Source: Mobula hypostoma
Lineage: Eukaryota
Assembly (NCBI RefSeq): GCF_963921235.1
Contig: NC_086107.1
Location: forward strand, 110,982,001 to 111,046,000
Direction of reading: 5' to 3'
Length of the DNA stretch: 64,000 nucleotides
Shown one piece after another: positions 63,019 through 64,000 of the stretch (the stretch's first letter is position 1; every line of letters begins with the position of its first letter). Under the pieces are notes generated by a model. That model was not told the DNA's origin. It did not search any database and saw nothing but the letters and a program-made list of their open reading frames with translations. The position numbers were made by a program, and so were the translations under genes.

Positions 63019-63999
63019 TTACCAGAAATTGGAGAATTCTATATTCATTACAAGGGGCTGGAGACTACCTAGACGGTATATGAGGTGTTGCTCCTCCAAC
63101 CTGAGTTTAGCCTCATCATGGTAGTAGAGGAGGCCATGTATGGACATATCTGAATGGGAGTGGGAAGCAGAGTTGAAGTGGGTGGCTACTGGGAGATCCG
63201 GTCTGTTGTGGCGGACGGAGTGGAGGTGCTCGACGAAGCGGTCCCCCAGTCTGCGTCGGGTTTCACCGATGTAGAGGAGGCCGCACCGGGAGCACCGGAT
63301 GCAATAGATGACCCCAACAGACTCACAAGTGAAGTATTGCCTCACCTGGAAGGACTGTTTAGGGCCCTGAATGGTGGCAAGAGAGGAGGTGTAGGGACAG
63401 GTGTAGCACTTACGCTTACAGGGATAAGTGCCGGGTGGGAGATCAGTGGGGATGGACGTGTGGATAAGTGAGTCGCGGAGGGACCGATCCCTGCGGAAGG
63501 CGGAGAGGGGTGGAGAGGGAAAGATATGCTTAGTGGTGGGGTCCTGTTGAAGGTGGCGGAAGTTGTGGAGGATAATGTGCTGGATCCGGAGGCTAGTGGG
63601 GTGGTAGGTGAGGACAAGGGGAACTCTGTCCCTGTTGTGGTGGCAGGAGGATGGGGTGAGGGCCGAAGTGCGGGAGATGGAGGAGATGCGGGTGAGGGCA
63701 TCATTGATGACAGCAGAAGGGAAACCACGATCCTTAAAGAAAGAGGATATTTGAGATGTCCTGGAATGGAAAACCTCATCCTCGGAACAGATGCGGTGGA
63801 GACGGAGGAACTGGGAATAGGGAATGGCATTTTTGCATGTGGCGGGGTGGGAAGAGGTATAGTTGAGGTAGTTATGAGAGTCAGTGGGCTTGTAGAAGAT
63901 GTCAGTGGACAGCCTGTCTCCAGAGATGGAGACCGACAGATCGAGAAAGGGGAGAGAAGTGTCAGAGATACACCAAGTGAATTTGAGGGCTGGGTGGAA
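63019..63999 (-). CDS. Penelope/Neptune polyprotein C-terminal part (RT thumb, Cys linker, GIY-YIG endonuclease), 5'-partial
   Basis: Manual translation is open from the window edge: FHPALKFTW..LPFLDL..TDIFYKPTDSHNYL..SSHP..KNAIPYSQFLRLHRICS..PLVLTYHP..CKRKCYTC..FTCESVGVIYCIRCSRCGLLYIGET..LGDRFVEH..EEQHLIYRLGSLQP..MN. The ORF track shows only the last 108 aa. Confidence 0.9.
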   Translation of the reverse strand, partial: FHPALKFTWCISDTSLPFLDLSVSISGDRLSTDIFYKPTDSHNYLNYTSSHPATCKNAIPYSQFLRLHRICSEDEVFHSRTSQISSFFKDRGFPSAVINDALTRISSISRTSALTPSSCHHNRDRVPLVLTYHPTSLRIQHIILHNFRHLQQDPTTKHIFPSPPLSAFRRDRSLRDSLIHTSIPTDLPPGTYPCKRKCYTCPYTSSLATIQGPKQSFQVRQYFTCESVGVIYCIRCSRCGLLYIGETRRRLGDRFVEHLHSVRHNRPDLPVATHFNSASHSHSDMSIHGLLYYHDEAKLRLEEQHLIYRLGSLQPLVMNIEFSNFW

Positions 64000-64000
64000 G

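Larger units (their letters stand above)
62667..64000 (-). mobile_element. Young Penelope-like (Neptune-type) retroelement, continues beyond the window
   Basis: Unbroken RT-thumb/linker/GIY-YIG frame, pyrimidine-rich 3' region and an intact hammerhead. Confidence 0.95.

Overview
Eukaryotic, repeat-dense vertebrate DNA. The mix of CR1, Rex1/Babar, Penelope/Neptune, V-SINE and Tc1 families suggests a cartilaginous fish such as a ray or shark (inference). The only host coding sequence is two + strand exons of an NMDA-receptor GluN2 gene, best matching GRIN2B (56122-56236 and 62422-62627). Their splice sites are canonical and their phases compatible. The preceding large exon is not visible, so 1-56121 is most likely part of one very long intron. 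The rest is nested retrotransposon and DNA-transposon debris, a 4.8-kb ~27-bp minisatellite, an interstitial (TTAGGG)12 and several decayed tandem repeats. Nearly all ORF-track entries are spurious or transposon fragments. I found no convincing novel multi-gene system. The most interesting signals are: (1) every recognisable Penelope-derived hammerhead ribozyme lies antisense to the host gene, including an intact one ~100 nt from an exon donor in a young element with an unbroken ORF; (2) an R4/Dong restriction-like-endonuclease fossil missed by the ORF track; (3) a TIR element with a 6-bp TSD and teleost-like motifs; (4) a fixed-spacing E-box/TAATC repeat; (5) an RSS-heptamer-rich minisatellite whose seed sequence survives at both edges. 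Transposon boundaries are approximate unless a TIR or TSD is cited.
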